Assembly: GCF_964355755.1 (NCBI RefSeq)
Contig: NC_092670.1
Coordinates: 3,648,201-3,712,200, forward strand
Direction: 5' to 3'
DNA length: 64,000 nucleotides
DNA from: Antedon mediterranea
Lineage: Eukaryota; Animalia; Echinodermata
A model generated the notes under the pieces. It saw only the letters and a program-made list of their open reading frames with translations, was not told the DNA's origin and searched no databases. Each line of letters opens with the position of its first letter. Positions within the stretch are counted from its first letter, which is position 1. The position numbers and the translations under genes are program-made. This document shows, one piece after another, positions 13,943 through 25,848 of the stretch.

Positions 13943-13993
13943 ATGATGGATAACAGACGTTTTGATATGATGAATTACCACACGCTACAACAG
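13943..13993 (+). CDS. Putative first coding exon of the Mist1/dimmed gene (MMDNRRFDMMNYHTLQQ)
   Basis: Exon 13842-13993 bounded by acceptor TTCTGTTTTGCAG and donor CAG|GTAAGA; ATG at 13943 gives 17 codons ending in phase 0, matching the phase-0 acceptor at 42398. Linkage is inferred. Confidence 0.5.
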
Positions 13994-14888
13994 GTAAGAG
14001 TATTTTTATGTAAACAATTACAGTACACCTGTAAATTGGAACTACTTTATTTGTTTCTGATGCTTGTTTTGAGCCCACTCTACGGATCATGACAAGAAAG
14101 GCCTTTTGGTGGGCTTCATGAGATTACCTTTTTACTTTGTTTTTCCCGTTATATTGGCTTATAACAAAATCTCCAAGATGAGCAATATTTACATAATTTG
14201 TGCAATTCGTGTTGTTGGTGTGCATGCTTTGCCCACGTTCTATGGAACAGTGATTGCACTTGTTACGTCAAATCATGAGGTTTCTTAAAGTTATAGTATT
14301 GTATAGTATACTTTTCTTGGTTGTTGTCTCTGAGCACCCGGTCGTCTGTGGCAAGGCAAATGTGTATCCTGCTCCTTTGTTTGGTCACCTAGGTAGGGGT
14401 CCGGGACCGCGACAGAACGAGAACGGATGGGGACCCTCCAAAGAAAGTGGATTTTATCTGTCAGGCAATTGTATGATTTGTTTTTTATTTTTTTAAATGC
14501 GCCTTGAGTGGTATGTGCGCTATAAAAATCCTGTTATTATTATTATTATCTCACCTTGTTTATTATGCGTGACAGCACCAGCATTTAAGAATAGTTCACG
14601 ATGGAGCGTACGAACTGTCGCTTGTGATTGGCTAACTTACTTACTTGCGTTACGCCTATATTGTTGCGTTACGTCCAACAGTGGAGGTAGTAGTTTGGTT
14701 GAGAGTACGGGGATGTTTGGTGATTGTGGTAGAAATACAGAACACGTCGACAACATAGATACACATGCATATGCCTAAACACATAAAATAAGAAAATGCA
14801 TAGATTGTGTGACAGCGACTCAGTTGAATGCTAATTATTCTTTGACATTTAGTTAGGAATGTTATCCAGACATATATATATATATATA

Positions 14889-15285
14889 TAAATCAATGAT
14901 GTTGCGTATAGCACTGTGTAAATTATATATAAATCAAAAAATACCGTTGCGAATTAAAGTTGGAATTTATTCTGACTTGTTAAGCCTCCACTGATTGTGA
15001 GGGCGTTTGTTGTATGAGAGAATGTATCTGGTGGGTGAAAATCTGTGATAATACCATACATGGCTCTGTGGTCTAGTGGTATGATACTCGCCCTGTAAGC
15101 GAGAGGTTGCAGGTTCGAATCCCGCCAGAGACATTTTTTCATACAACTAAAAAATACGGAACTTTCGCCAATGAGCTATGCTCGACGCGATTATGAGATC
15201 ATGTTCCGAATATGAGCACTGTTTCTATAATTTACAGTATGATTTATATATAATTTACACAGTGCTACGCAACATCATTGATTTA
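14889..15285. mobile_element. (TA)n-flanked tRNA-containing element bracketed by ~46-bp inverted repeats
   Basis: 14889-14936 and 15240-15285 are reverse complements (one 2-bp indel) and enclose a 297-bp unit (14944-15240) that recurs at 15311-15607 with 2 substitutions. Confidence 0.75.
15062..15133 (+). tRNA. tRNA-like (tRNA-Pro-derived body, anticodon TGT); probable repeat-borne pseudo-tRNA
   Basis: 72-nt cloverleaf GGCTCTG-TGGTCTAGTGGTATGAT-A-CTCGC CCTGTAA GCGAG-AGGTT-GCAGG TTCGAAT CCCGC-CAGAGAC-A followed by T6. C at position 33; mismatches G2:A71 and A51:C63. Confidence 0.7.
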
Positions 15286-15428
15286 CATATACACAATATT
15301 ATTTTAAAAACCGTTGCGAATTAAAGTTGGAATTTATTCTGACTTGTTAAGCCTCCACTAATTGTGAGGGCGTTTGTTGTATGAGAAAATGTATCTGGTG
15401 GGTGAAAATCTGTGATAATACCATACAT

Positions 15429-15500
15429 GGCTCTGTGGTCTAGTGGTATGATACTCGCCCTGTAAGCGAGAGGTTGCAGGTTCGAATCCCGCCAGAGACA
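15429..15500 (+). tRNA. Second identical copy of the tRNA-Pro-derived TGT tRNA-like unit
   Basis: Identical to 15062-15133 (offset 367 bp), followed by T6. Confidence 0.7.
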
Positions 15501-15740
15501 TTTTTTCATACAACTAAAAAATACGGAACTTTCGCCAATGAGCTATGCTCGACGCGATTATGAGATCATGTTCCGAATATGAGCACTGTTTCTATAATTT
15601 ACAGTATATATAAATCCAAAGGCAAATTACTGAAAAAAATGACAATGCTGTGGGTATCAGTGGCTGGATCTCAATGGAGATACAAAAATAAAAAGCGAAA
15701 AGCTAAATCAAAACGATAAAGTAAACAGCCAGAAAAGTTA

Positions 15741-15777
15741 GCAGAGCTTTCGGGCAACACTAGCCCTTCATCAGTGC
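15741..15777 (-). ncRNA. Minimal type I hammerhead ribozyme motif (Penelope-like element pLTR type)
   Basis: Minus strand GCA-CUGAUGA-A-GGGC-UAGUGUU-GCCC-GAAA-GC-UC-UGC: both core boxes, 4-bp stem II, palindromic AGCU in place of stem III, UC cleavage site, 3-bp stem I. Confidence 0.6.
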
Positions 15778-15833
15778 AAGTGCATATATATATATTATAA
15801 TTATATTATTCGAGTTCGAACAATATCATGAAA

Positions 15834-15905
15834 TCCCCAGTGGTCTAATGGTTAGGACATCTGCATATCAAGCAGGCGGTCCGAGTTCGAGTCTCGGTTG
15901 GGGCG
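15834..15905 (+). tRNA. tRNA-like (Glu/Asp-type body, anticodon ATC); probable pseudo-tRNA
   Basis: TCCCCAG-TG-GTCT AATGGTTA GGAC-A-TCTGC ATATCAA GCAGG-CGGT-CCGAG TTCGAGT CTCGG-TTGGGGC-G, then ACTTTTT terminator. 1:72 mismatch, A at position 32. Confidence 0.65.
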
Positions 15906-16011
15906 ACTTTTTCTCATTCTCACAGATTTCCTCATCTTTATCGTTTCAAATTAATTAATTAAATTTCAGTATATCACCGGGCGGTTTAGAATTAATGTTC
16001 TTTGCCTGATT

Positions 16012-16015
<4 letters not shown>

Positions 16016-16078
<63 letters not shown>
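16016..16078. repeat. (TA)n microsatellite, ~31 units
   Basis: Direct reading. Confidence 0.97.
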
Positions 16079-16081
<3 letters not shown>

Positions 16082-17514
16082 GTTCTTTGCCTATTGTGTT
16101 TATATATATATATAAATTAATTAATTAAATGTCAGTATATCACCGGGCGCTTTAGAATTAATGTTCTTTGCCTACTCTGTTTGTATATATATATTTAGGC
16201 CTACAGTGAGGACCTACTGAATATCAACTTAGTCTCGCAATTCATAGTCGCTGAAACCATAACTCGGTTCCACCCGGTTTACTTATTTATCTATTTTCAG
16301 TATGAAATCATTTAACGAAAAAAATAATATTCATATCACGATAGGGGCGCTGTGGGCTTGCATAATGTAAAACCTCGAAAAGAAACCCCTCTCTGTGGTT
16401 TGCAAAAGTAATTTCGAAAAGATGCTCATTTGTGAAAATCTAAAAACCCGTTTGATTATCCTTGCGTGTGTTTTCGAGTAAACGTGACTTGACCATTTAT
16501 ACTAGGCCAGTGCTCAGTGTAGAAGATTTTCATTTGACAGATTCTCTCCTAAGAGCATTCTTCTTGTCCCTGAATTAGTCTGAATTGTGTTATTTTTTAT
16601 TTTTCTGTTGTTAAATGAGCCGTGAGTTAATTGACTAACATCATCCATTTATACGTACTACGCGGAGTAATTATCCTATGAGGTAAAATATGACTTACAT
16701 TTCGTTCACTCGAACGAAAATACTTTGTTCAAACACTTTCCCAAAATAGTTGAGCTTTTTTACTATCTCTTTGTTACGTTTAAGGCGTAGGAAGGTGTAG
16801 GTTTGATGGGATAAAGATAGGTGCATTTGATTATGTTCGTAATGTGGTTCGTCGTGTTGTTATTTTGTTCCATTCAACAGTTGAAGTAATAGTACCAATC
16901 AACGACTACTTTTTGTAAACATTTTGAGATTGTGTGCTATGCGATAGGAATATATGGCTGAAAACACATTCAATAACATGCTATGGTGATGAATGATGGC
17001 TAATTGTAACTAAATATTTTGTTTATTATAAAAAAGGCCTGTGGATTGTATCAAGGAAATGGTGTTTTAGTGAAGTATTGTATTTAGTAGTTTTCATTCA
17101 TTTGGGAATGTACTTTTCAACATGAGATATATAAATAGATATTTTCACACAAACAATATTATAAAATCCCACTGATCAATCTTTAAACAGTTAAAAAAAA
17201 TGAGAAGCAGACATTATTAATAATTAATCGTCTACTAAACAATGCGCATGCGCAAATAGAAATTAGATAGTCTGTCCCGTGTTTATCGCGTATCACTTTC
17301 ATCTGTCATCACTGATAGTGCCATTAAAATTGAGTTGATTTCAACGCTGTAATAATTCTATCAGCCTTTGCTATATCCACTGGGATTATCGGTTAATCAA
17401 ACTGAATTATATGTTAACATAACGCCATCAAAAGTAAGAACATTTGAAAGATTTGAAATCCAGGATTCAGCGGGATACGAAAATCCATTAGTCAATACAA
17501 TAAATTAAAACCAA

Positions 17515-17730
17515 TTTATGTCAACGATTTGTAAAGATTATACTTGATATGAAAACAAAACTTAGCCAGCCTCCTATTAAAACGTCAATTCTCCAGTTTG
17601 CCAACGGTTTGTGAAGATTGTACTACAATATTGTGATAAACAACACTCAGCTAGCTTCCTAATATAACGTCAATTCTCCAGTTCGTCAACGGTTTGTTGA
17701 GATATACTTCGATAAACAAAGCTCAGCTAG
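17515..17730. repeat. Degenerate ~85-bp tandem duplication
   Basis: AACGTCAATTCTCCAGTT...CAACGGTTTGT occurs at ~17581 and ~17666 with partial flanking copies. Confidence 0.7.
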
Positions 17731-20700
17731 AGTTCCATAATTAAATGAGAGTTCAGACTGAGTAATAAACAAACTGAATTGAATCTTTTTTTCTTTCGTA
17801 GAGAATACACACACTTCTTTCCTCTATTGTACAATCTAAACGTTATACAGTCAGGCCTATTTCTCTTATTTATTTTTTTTAAAAGAAGAATATTGACACA
17901 GTAGGAGGCCTAACTGTTCTTCTTTTAAAACTGATTCTTATCGAAACCAATATCGTATCCCTTTTATAATAATACTCATTATTCTGATTTCTATATTGAA
18001 TCTTTGCATAATATTGTTGTTTTTAAAATAGCGTTAGTTTCATCATTCCCGGGTTTATTATTTTTAGGAATATTTGAACGACATAATTTGTTTATGGTTT
18101 TTGATCACATAACATATTTGTTGATTTGAGGAACCTCTAAAAAGGTCAGAGTTAGTCTGTTAGTTCTGTAATGTCAGTTTTTGTGAGTCTTCCTTTCCTC
18201 TACTTTTGTTATTTCTTTGATGTCGATTTTATGTAAAACGGATCAGTTTTACTGCAGATTGTTAAGACGATTTGACTAATACATTATTATTCTTGGTTTC
18301 CAGTTGTTGATGTCTTTTAAACATAATTTGGTTTTGTTCTAATTCCTGGAACTGTCCATCAACATCAACTTAGTTGTTAAAATCTCAAGTTTCTTTCATT
18401 TACAGGTCTTCTAATTTCTGTTATCTCTTTGTTTCATTTTCTTACATAAAACCAATTTGTACTTTGAAGAGATGTTGTTGCAATTATCTCCAACACCAAT
18501 ATACCATTTTTCATAACCGACGTATCTTTTACATTTGTACGCGTGACATGTTTCGCCCACTTACGGAAGCTTTATCGGATTGAATATTGGTCGTGCGACG
18601 GACTAGCTCTAGTGATAATGTTAATTTAAGTGGATATTACAAAGCCAATGTTTACATTCCATTATGATTTAATTGTATTAAAAAGCTTCCACATGCAGGA
18701 AGCAACAACGTAAATCATTTGACCAATGACAGGATCTTCTGCCGAACGGTCGCTTGTGATTGGTTAAGTTACTTCAGTTACGCGTGGTCAATTCTCGTAG
18801 TATTCCTTGAAATCATAAATTATTACAAAAGTATTGCATAAATATCATTAATGATTTCGTGTGAAACGCGAGTAATGTTTGCGTGACATGCGTGGACGAG
18901 ATACAACGCTACAGATTATTTTGTATTAATCGACGTACGGCAACGAGAAGTACGTTCCAATTATGACTTTCATCTATTAGACAGCGACCTCTATTATTGG
19001 AACACTCTCGCTCATTGTATATTCGTTCTCCTTATCGGATTTATTTCGACAAGTGTCAACATAGGTAACCATCTTTGTAGAGAATAAAGGTAGGCGTCGG
19101 CCCCCGCTCGCTCACGACGCCCGCTTCTTGTATCAAATTAGTGAAACAAGAATACATTATTGCGTAAGTTGACAAAGGCCGATTAAGTGGCAAACAACTT
19201 TACAACGTAATCTATTTTCACTTGCATATATTTTCATATACATTATTATTCATTATTCGTTGTTTCACGCGCGCGTATTTTTTTCTATATTCACTAGCAT
19301 ACTGTACTGGGCAATGATAATTTTGTAAATAGTCTTTACTTTCTAAATCCTGGTGGGTTTAATTGTCTACCGGCCTATCATATCACGATGAAACATTGAA
19401 TTGGTGTTATTTTAATCAAAATATAATACAGTATTAAGTTCTTTAGGAACATGCTAATTGATATTACATCAAGTAGTCCTATTACGATCTTTAATTTACG
19501 GTTATGAGGAACATGGTATAACTAATACATTGGTATGTATTTAGGTGTTCACTCACTCAAAATTAATCTTCAAGATTCGAACCTGCAACTTTTTGTTGTT
19601 AAGCCTAGTGTTAAGTTGTGAAAGAATATATATAACATTCATATCCTTTGAAAAAAGATTGTTGCTTGGTTAGGAATGCTTGATGGGGCTAAAACAACGC
19701 CCTCTTATCTTTCAATCTTAATTCTGGGCAAATTTACCGAATGATGTATAAAAATAGTGATTTCACAAGAATTAAGAATATGTTTTTCATCGAGTAATTC
19801 TGCTGGGTATAATGTTTACATCACGTTATTATCTCTCTATGCATTATTTAGTATTCCAACAATGACAAGTTACCACGAATGTATATTTTAACGCCGCACT
19901 AAATTACAAAACGCCGCGACGTGTTATTAAGAATATACTCATCTTCGGATGCTCTTGAGCTAATTAAGAAGCTGAATTTTAAATTGCCGAGTATTTATAA
20001 GTTTGTTATTACCAGCCTAGCGCCAGAGATGCTATCGCCACGCTCGGCTGAGAAAAGCCACTCAACGACACAGTCAAGCGTGAATAAGTGCGCTTCATCA
20101 TGCTAATATTATTGAGTTCGCTGTTCTATTCATAATCGTCTGCTTTATGAATAGAGAACGCGATTATCAAAATTGCTCATTCTGATTGGCTGTTAGTGTC
20201 TCAGTCAGTAATCACGTGGCCTTCATAACAGGCGGTACTATGCAGCATTTTAGATCCGTCTAAATGAATCCGTCCAAAGTAGATTTTTTTTTACAATATA
20301 TTTTTTGTCTGGATTCGTAAAGTGATTACTTCCGCTGTCGGTCGGCTCGTCTGCTTGTGTCAGTGCATCAATCCTCTTCTGAGGCGTTTTTATCGTGCAA
20401 TCAAATTACAACGATTGAACACCGATTGCAATTATATGACGGAATAGGCGCACCGTTACGGTCATAGCTTTTTAGCAGAATTACCTGCTTTTTGGCGAAC
20501 ACAGAGATAACAGTACGTTTATAACCAGTCAGACGTAAGTAATAATTATAATAAAATATAAATAATTCTAATCGTTTATAATTTGAAAAATATTAATATA
20601 TATTTTATAGTATTAATTCCACGTTTTTTGTTTGTTATCTTCTTGTCTTTTATGATAATAATTTGTATTGAATATATATTAAATATCAAGTCAAATGAAA

Positions 20701-22529
20701 ATATATATGTATGCAATTTATTTTGATATATACCGTAATACATTAGAGACATATACATTATATATATTAATTAGTAATTAAAATATCAGAATCAGACGTT
20801 TTGAAAATACTTATTGCAAAATTCAATGAATAAATTTAGCAGCAAGTAATTCACTTAAGATAGTCTATTTTTATCGATGGGACGCGAATCAAATCTTTTC
20901 AAGTCTAATAATTTCCTACACCCACGTGATTATGAAAGTGTAAGCAAACCTGTGGTTATATTGAGGATAATATTTATTATAAATGTTTATAAACCGTCGT
21001 TAAGACGTCATTAATGTAAATGGGAATCTCCCCCATTTCCCCGTAGGGTTGTTTCCCCACGGGAGGTACTGACCGGTTGTGGACGACCCATATGATTTTT
21101 TTAAAAATTATGTACATATATTTTTTTCAATTTGTTTTTTTTTTCGTGAATGTTGTCTGGTATTTGTCTACTGTAGATGGTATCCAAACTGACAAGCACC
21201 CGCTTCTTTTGGTACTATTGTACATTGTAATTGTATAAATATGATGACGTCACAATATTTTCTGAAATCAGAATCATCTTAACTTTAAATTAAACTATTC
21301 AATACTAAAGTGTCTCATTTACTTCGTTCGCGAAATTATGCGTGCCAATACGCAGTGCGCGCTGTACTGATTACCTATAGGATAGCGCGTTCAGCGTGAT
21401 TTTACGCACTTCCGTTGTTTTAAATTGAGTCACATTTACATTATGTATTTAGTTCATAAGAGGACAATGTCTAAATGTTTGTATGTTTCTACCATATATT
21501 TCATTTTGTAAATTCAAAGTATCCATGCATAATATAATGAGACCTAATCAAATGTAAATTACTCCAAACACATTAACGTTGTGTTCTGGGGTTTAGAATG
21601 TATTTTTATGAGCTGACAAATTAGAATGAATGTTAAAGGGACGTACTGTTAGAACTTTTAACCTGTACTTTCTGCTGCCTTCTGAGTGTGTTTAGTTACA
21701 TATTTATTTTAACTTTACTATATTTAAAAATTAATTAATTGTGGTGTTCATATGGTTACGATTTGACATTTTCTTATGCCTGCTGTCAAGTTCATGGCAA
21801 TGGATTGCAGATCTGAATAATATAACAGGTTGGTTAGTTATTTATTATTAGGATCTGCTACATCTGTGGAGATTCAGGAGTTTAAATTATTCTCCGATTC
21901 ATATAACATTTTTAGTAACGCAGTCCTCCTGCAAATTGTAACTAAGGATAATGTTTTATATCCGTTATATTCCTTCCTCTGACTTCCTCGAAATTTAATC
22001 GAAAAAGACACGTATTCCTCATTTATGGTAAAGGTTTTTATGTTTTCTAAAATTCACAAGGTATAACCTTATAATCTTCATAAAATACAATCCTCTAAAA
22101 ATACTTGAATTTTGAAATGTCTGATTTATCATTAATTGATGCAAATTATTGTACTGTATTGTCGTCTGCTTTTTAATACCGCCTGCTTGGATTGTCATGT
22201 AAACGCGGTAAAAAAAAATCATTATTTAATATCGCTTAACGAGACAAATTACAAACCGTGTTTTTTGTAGTAGAGTGATTAAACCAATTTGAATGGGAAT
22301 TTGTTTTCCATTTGGCAACGATTCCCAGTAGACCCGATATGATATACATCGCCTTTGTACTGTCATTTTTTGGGTATAATATAATTACAATATATTTTAA
22401 ATTATCATTTGTTATTTTGTTGACACTTTTTATTAAAGAATGATATTAATACAAACTTGAATATTTAAATATTTAAATATTGTATTGACCTGATAACTCT
22501 TCACACCTCCATAATTAGTGATCATGAGT

Positions 22530-23030
22530 CTTTATCATTTAGCATCACCATGATCATGATTGCTATCATTAATATCAACGGTATCATCATCATCACTCTT
22601 ATCATCATCATCACCATCATCATCAGTTGTTATCATTATCAACTCTATTAGTGCTATCACCGATATCACCATCATCATTGTCATCATTATCATCATCATC
22701 ATCATCATCATCATCAATAGTCGTCATGGTCATCATCGTCATCATCAATAGTCATCATTATCATCGCCATCATCATCAATAGTCATTATCATCATCAATA
22801 GTCATCATTATCATCATCAATAGTCATCATTATCATCGTTATCATAGTCATCATCATCAATAGTCATCATCATCAACATCATAATTATCATCATCAATAG
22901 TAATCATTATCATCGTCATCATCCTCATCAATAGTCGTCATCATCATCATCATCATCCATAGTCATCATTGTCATTATCATCGTCATTATTGCTATTACT
23001 ATCATCAACATAATTATCATGAACATCACA
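22530..23030. repeat. Degenerate (CAT)n microsatellite
   Basis: ATC/CAT triplets with recurring AATAGTC interruptions. Confidence 0.95.
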
Positions 23031-23494
23031 GCTAGTGTATAATAAATAATGGCATACGGAAGCTAATAAACCATCTATATAGCTACTTAATTTGCAATAA
23101 ACAATTAACATTCAGAACACTCTCATATTTAATAACTTAAAAATGATTAAACAGCTTTACGTCGTCCACACATTATCTACCGTCTAACGTAAACACATTA
23201 TATTGAAAGCATTTTCATCTTACGCACACATAAAGAAACATCAATGTAAATATTTGCCATTACCAGTTAATGGAAAGTATTTCAAAGTTAATTTAATAAT
23301 AATAATACATCGTTAACAACACTGTAAATTAATGCTGGTAATGTTTATATATGTTAATAGCCAATTACATTGCAAAGTTTTGATTTTCATGAATAAATAA
23401 ATATAACGTGTGTGGTCACTGTCATCAGTGACGTAATACTCAATGCCTTATTATATGGTAAATAATACATAATGTTACATACATATTTAATATG

Positions 23495-24023
23495 CTTCAT
23501 TCATCATCATCAGCATCATCATCATCATATTATCAACGTCATCATCATCATCATTACTATCATCATCATTAGTATCATCATCTTCATTATCATCATCATC
23601 AGTATCATCATCTTCATTATCATTATCATCATCATCATTAGTATCATCATCTTAATTATCATCATCATCATCATCATCATTAGTATCATCATCATAATCA
23701 TTGGTATCATCATCATCATCATCATCATTAGTATCATCATCATCATTAGTATCATCATCATTGGTATCATCATCATCATCTTCATTATCATCATCATCAC
23801 CATCATCATTATCACTATCATCATCAACATCATCATCATCATAATTATATCATCAACATCATTATCACCATCATCATCAACATCATCATCATCATCATCA
23901 TAATTATATCATCAACATCATCATCACCACCATCATCATTATCACCATCATCATCAACATCATCATCATAATTATATCATTAACATCATCATCATCATCA
24001 TCATCATCAACACCATCTTCATT

Positions 24024-24057
<34 letters not shown>

Positions 24058-24200
24058 TCATCGTCATATCATCATCATTGGTATCATCATCACCATCGTC
24101 AGCAACATCATCATGATCATTAGTATCATCATCATCATTAGTATCATCATCATCATTATTAGTATCATCATCATCATCAGCATTAATATCGTCATCATCA
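23495..24200. repeat. Degenerate (CAT)n microsatellite
   Basis: ATC/CAT triplets with recurring ATTAGT interruptions. Confidence 0.95.
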
Positions 24201-25052
24201 TAATGTTTATACTCACTGGTTCATGGTCAATACTTATTCATCAACTATATTTTTCTTTTCCATTTCATATTACTTTTATCATCATCATTGTTTATCATAA
24301 ATCCCTTCCTTCAATTAATTATTTCCATACACTATGCATAACCTCGTTTTCAAATTATCATCATAATCAGCTGATTGTCGTCATGTTATCAATGTATTTA
24401 CGTCATATGGAGTAAAATTAACTCTGTGACGTCACACCAGCTAATCATTATCAATATTGTCAACATCATTATCATTATCAAGTGAAACCCCATCTGTCTT
24501 TAACTGTACGCGCCCCAAGCCTCTGGGAAATCAGACCATCGCCCCATTTCAATTAAATTTAAAAATAATTTATTTCTAAACAATAGGGTGAGCATGACAA
24601 TAATTGTGGGCTCCAAGCAACATAATAGTAGAAATGTGATAAGATTAAAAAAACTGAGAAAAATAAGTGTTTGTTTTGAATATTATATTAGTAAAAATAA
24701 AATGCAGAATGTAGAAATTTAAGCATCCAAAATAATGACTGTGTTCGTGTCTCGGTACTTTATTGAAGTGCATGCAACTAGGAAGTCGTTTCAATAGTAA
24801 TAGTAAACACCCGTTTGTTATTGATATTATTGTAATCCTATCTGTAAATACATTTTCAAACCATTAACAAAAATACATTAATTTGTAAATGTGTCTATAA
24901 TATATGAGGCACTTATCTATGTCAAGTCGACTTGTTTTATTGTAATACAAATGTATGCCAATTTGGTTCCTTTTCTAAGATCCGGCAATCCAATAATGAG
25001 ACTGCCATAGATATATACTCGATATAAAATATTCTTACTCAACGATATTTAA

Positions 25053-25390
25053 AGATGTATTGTCCCCCAAAAACATGAAAAATAAAAATTAATATAATCA
25101 GATTTTGATTAGATTATTTTGTAGTCCTAATAAAGTTAATCACTTCCGTAGAAAAAATAAATAAATGTTTTCACTTATAAAATGACAAAATAAATGGTTA
25201 AATTCAAATAAAAACCCATTGGCTGGCAGCCAATTTGACTATTTGTTTGCTTTAAATTACAGTTTTTTTAGGTAGATACATTTTTTTCGATTCAATTTTT
25301 GGTCAAAGTGGATAATCATTAAGTGAAATTAAAATAGCATATTGAACAAAAATTGTGTAAGAATTTTTTTTTCAGGGGGACAATACATCT
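25053..25390. mobile_element. Kolobok-type non-autonomous DNA transposon (338 bp)
   Basis: TTAA target duplication on both sides, AG...CT termini, TIR AGATGTATTGTCCCCC / GGGGGACAATACATCT; second copy at 37391-37728. Confidence 0.85.
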
Positions 25391-25416
25391 TTAATGGAAT
25401 GGGGTTGTGATTTAAA

Positions 25417-25848
25417 AGACTTGATTATGACATCATGATTCGAACCGTTGACTGGATGAGAATCTTACCACAGCACTTCATTATCTCCATACTCACCGTG
25501 TCGATGCCATCATAAGTCCCATGCTCATTTTACGTGTATACCAGTATTTTTGAAAGGTATTGGGTACATGTCTTCACTACGAATGATTAACTATCAAAAT
25601 TTTAATGGCTGATCAAATAATAGGGAGATTTTCGTCAGGTCAATCGAAAGCTCCCTAGGCCTATGATAAATTACAATTATGTATATACACATTTACCTTT
25701 GTAAGGTTTTCCTCCTACTAGATAGTAAACCTTTAGTGACTTAAAGTATACCATCAAAGACCACTTTGGGACTTTGTGTCAGACACGGTGAAAATGGAAG
25801 GGTAAGATTATTGGGCTAAGTCAACGGTTCAAATCATCTATAAGTCTC
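25417..25848. mobile_element. Old MITE-like element with degenerate inverted ends
   Basis: ATGATTCGAACCGTTGACT...AATCTTACC versus GGTAAGATT...AGTCAACGGTTCAAATCAT. Confidence 0.5.

Noticed and set aside
14954-15509. Two identical 62-aa ORFs
   Set aside because: Antisense readings of the duplicated tRNA-like unit (RDSNLQP is the reversed B box).
22535-24415. Poly-Ile/Met/His/Ser ORFs
   Set aside because: Translations of (CAT)n microsatellites, with no splice or domain support.
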